Shown: positions 61,526-64,000 of the stretch, piece after piece
Numbering within the stretch: position 1 is the first letter of the stretch
Layout of the letters: each line of letters begins with the position of its first letter
Assembly: GCA_050251055.1 (NCBI GenBank)
Contig: JBFWNL010000003.1
Location: forward strand, 224,001-288,000
DNA: 64,000 nt
Source of the DNA: Bacteriovoracia bacterium
Lineage (GTDB): Bacteria; Bdellovibrionota; UBA1018; JBFWNL01
Direction of reading: 5' to 3'
Program-made: the position numbers and the translations under genes
The notes under the pieces: model-generated
Databases searched by the model: none
Told to the model about the DNA's origin: nothing
Seen by the model: only the letters and a program-made list of their open reading frames with translations

Positions 61526-62269
61526 ATGGCCGCCCAACCGACTTCCAGTATCGTCTCGCTCACGTCCGTCTGCAAAGATTACAAACTCGGCGTCACCGTC
61601 GTGCCTGCCCTGCGCGGCGTAAATCTCACGGTCAATGCGGGGGACTTCGTCTCGATCGCGGGCCCCTCCGGCAGCGGCAAGACCACGCTCCTAAATCTCA
61701 TCGGCTGCGTGGACACGGCGACATCGGGCGAAGTGGTGGTCGACGGTCACAACACCCTGAATTTAAGCGAACGCAAGCTCACCGAGCTGCGCCTGAACAC
61801 GATCGGCTTTATCTTTCAAAGCTTTAATTTGGTGGCGGTACTGAACGTCTTCCAAAACGTGGAGTTTCCGTTGCTCCTGCAGCGCAAGCTCTCGACGGCC
61901 GACCGCGAACGTCGCGTGAATAGCCTGCTCGAAAAGGTGGGATTGCACAAACACGCTAAGCATCGCCCTAGCGAACTCTCCGGCGGGCAACGGCAGCGGG
62001 TGGCCATCGCGCGGGCGCTCGTGACCGCACCCAAGATCGTCCTGGCCGACGAGCCCACGGCAAACCTCGATTCCAAAACGGGCGAAACCATCTTGGACCT
62101 AATGCGTGAGATGAACCGCCTGGAAAAGACGACCTTCATCTTCTCCACTCACGACGCGAAGGTCATGTCGTACGCGAACTCCGTCATTAAAATCGCCGAC
62201 GGTCAAATCGTAAACCAAGGCGGCGGAAACGGCGCTGGGCAACGCAGTCACACGGAAGCGAATCAGTGA
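61526..62269 (+). CDS. ABC transporter ATP-binding protein (LolD/MacB-like)
   Basis: [39 protein letters not shown]; GAGGA RBS before ATG 61526. Confidence 0.92.
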   Translation: MAAQPTSSIVSLTSVCKDYKLGVTVVPALRGVNLTVNAGDFVSIAGPSGSGKTTLLNLIGCVDTATSGEVVVDGHNTLNLSERKLTELRLNTIGFIFQSFNLVAVLNVFQNVEFPLLLQRKLSTADRERRVNSLLEKVGLHKHAKHRPSELSGGQRQRVAIARALVTAPKIVLADEPTANLDSKTGETILDLMREMNRLEKTTFIFSTHDAKVMSYANSVIKIADGQIVNQGGGNGAGQRSHTEANQ

Positions 62270-64000
62270 TGAGCGGCATTCGGATCATTTTGCAGATCGC
62301 GTTTCGCAACCTGTTCGCGAACTTCCTGAACCTGGTCATCGGCGGCATCGTGCTCGTGGGCACGCTGCTCTTCGTGGTGGGCGGCTCTTTTCTCAACAGC
62401 GTCGATCAATCGATGTCCAAGAGCATCATCGGCAGCGTGTCGGGCCACGTGCAGGTATATTCGAGCAAGTCGAAGGAAAAACTCGCGCTTTTCGGAGACT
62501 TCGGTTTTCCGGATTTGGCGGCGATCCCTGATTTTTCGAAGGTAAAAAACTCCCTCACGACGATTCCGAATGTGCAGACGGTGATCCCCATGGGCGTCAA
62601 CAGCGCGAGTATCACCTTCGGCAATACGCTCGACCAAGTACTTGAAAAGCTGCGCGCGGCGGTGAAACGCCGGATGGCGGGCGATCATTCGCGTGAGCTC
62701 GCGGATAAGATCGCGAGCCTCAAGAGCCACGTACGACATATCGCGGGCGTAATCCAAACCGATTACCAACGTTTTAGTGTAATGGCCTCGGCCGATGCCG
62801 TGGACAGTGATGGTCTCGCCTCGTTGAAACGCGCTACCTCCGACTCCTTCTGGGCTGGCTTCGACGCCGACGCGTTGAACCAGCTCGAATTTCTCGAAAA
62901 TAAGGTCGCCTCCTTGCTTCCCGATGCTGATTACATTTTCCTCAACTACATGGGCACGGACCTCGAGGCGTTCAAACGCTCGTTTGACCGGATGGAAATC
63001 GTAACTGGCAATATGGTGCCCGAGCGACAGCGCGGGATCGTGCTCTCTCAGTATGCCTACGAAGAGGCCTTCAAACTCAAGAGCGCACGTCGTCTCGACA
63101 AGATCAACGAAGCCTTGACGGAAAAAGGCCAGCGCATCGCGAACGAGCCCGATCTGCAGCAGATGATCAAGCACAACCGCAGCCAAACCCGCGAGATCAT
63201 TCTCCAGCTCGACCCCCTCGCCATGCGGCAGTTCGTGGGGTACCTGCAGGACTTCTTGAAAGACAACCGCACGGAAGCCGCGCCTTTGCTCGCCACGTTT
63301 TTCGAGATGAATGACGAAAACTTCGCCCCGCGCTACAAGTTCTTCTACGAGAAACTCGCCCCCATGCTCGAGCTCTATCGATTGAAACCGGGTGAATCAC
63401 TCATCATCAAGGCTTTCACGAAATCGGGTTTCATCCAGACCATCAGTATAAAGGTCTACGGCACGTTTCAGTTCAAGGGCCTCGAGAAATCGGGCCTGGC
63501 CGGCAGCATGAGCCTCATGGACCTGATGTCCTTCCGCGACCTCTATGGCTACGTAACGCCCGAAAAAATCGCCGAGACGGAGGCGCTGAAGAAAACCGTC
63601 GACTCCCAGTTCGTGAAACGCGACGAGGCGGAGGCGGCTCTGTTCGGCGGCGATAGCATCGTCGAGACGGGCCGCAGCCGACAGATCGATGACCGCGCGG
63701 AAATGGGCGGGGTGAAGTACACGACCACGGGCGATACCGGTGCCGGCCGAGTCTACACGCAAGCGGAGATTGAAAACGGCGTCGCCCTGAACGCGGCCGT
63801 TATCCTGAAGGATCCGACCCAGCTAGAAGCCACCATGAAAGAGATTGCGGCCGTCTCCCAGCGGGATGGGCTCGACCTAAACGTGGTCGACTGGCAAGAA
63901 GCGGCGGGTAACGTGGGGCGCTTCGTCTTCGTCGCCAAAATGGTGCTCTACTTTGCTGTTTTCATCATTTTTGTGGTGGCGCTCGTCGTGATCAACAACG
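62269..64000 (+). CDS. FtsX/LolC-like ABC permease with large periplasmic domain (3'-truncated by window)
   Basis: Frame from ATG 62269: [15 protein letters not shown]...SIIGSVSGHVQVY...VVDWQEAAG...IIFVVALVVINN; missing from the ORF track because it has no stop. Confidence 0.85.
   Translation, partial: MSGIRIILQIAFRNLFANFLNLVIGGIVLVGTLLFVVGGSFLNSVDQSMSKSIIGSVSGHVQVYSSKSKEKLALFGDFGFPDLAAIPDFSKVKNSLTTIPNVQTVIPMGVNSASITFGNTLDQVLEKLRAAVKRRMAGDHSRELADKIASLKSHVRHIAGVIQTDYQRFSVMASADAVDSDGLASLKRATSDSFWAGFDADALNQLEFLENKVASLLPDADYIFLNYMGTDLEAFKRSFDRMEIVTGNMVPERQRGIVLSQYAYEEAFKLKSARRLDKINEALTEKGQRIANEPDLQQMIKHNRSQTREIILQLDPLAMRQFVGYLQDFLKDNRTEAAPLLATFFEMNDENFAPRYKFFYEKLAPMLELYRLKPGESLIIKAFTKSGFIQTISIKVYGTFQFKGLEKSGLAGSMSLMDLMSFRDLYGYVTPEKIAETEALKKTVDSQFVKRDEAEAALFGGDSIVETGRSRQIDDRAEMGGVKYTTTGDTGAGRVYTQAEIENGVALNAAVILKDPTQLEATMKEIAAVSQRDGLDLNVVDWQEAAGNVGRFVFVAKMVLYFAVFIIFVVALVVINN

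Noticed and set aside
62263-63938. Minus-strand ORFs at the window end
   Set aside because: Shadows of the plus-strand ABC permease that runs off the window

Overview
High-GC (~60%) bacterial chromosomal window, most consistent with a Bdellovibrionota/Oligoflexia-like predator (inferred from gene content and synteny, not from a search). 0.6-18.6 kb is one minus-strand Tad/Flp (type IVb/c) pilus locus. It runs tadC, DUF192, three FHA-domain membrane proteins, a PP2C-fold protein that has lost most metal-binding aspartates, flp plus four pilin-like genes, prepilin peptidase, cpaB, cpaC/rcpA, a CpaE(TadZ)-TadA fusion, tadB, a toxin-less DUF6531/YD-repeat protein and two tiny secreted proteins. 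The 3' end resembles the Bdellovibrio hit locus (bd0108/bd0109). 18.6-39.6 kb is mixed housekeeping and accessory: yihY, peptide ABC permeases, nagZ, EEP, prpDBC, a PocR-domain sigma54 activator, cysteine desulfurase-thiI, TlpA, HNH/ECF/anti-sigma, phoD and a PA14 lipoprotein. 39.7-56.3 kb is the complete S10-spc-alpha ribosomal cluster, with many unusually extended proteins. 57-64 kb holds a large PA14/Ig/PKD/beta-helix surface protein, a Cys-rich secreted protein, an unannotated 49-aa ORF and a LolD/FtsX-type ABC transporter. The intergenic DNA shows six sigma54 promoters, all in front of small or secreted proteins; four carry a shared upstream palindrome G(T/C)C(T/C)A-N5-TAG(A/G)C. Several sigma28-like promoters and apparent leaderless genes are also present. 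No rRNA, tRNA, CRISPR array or transposase was seen.
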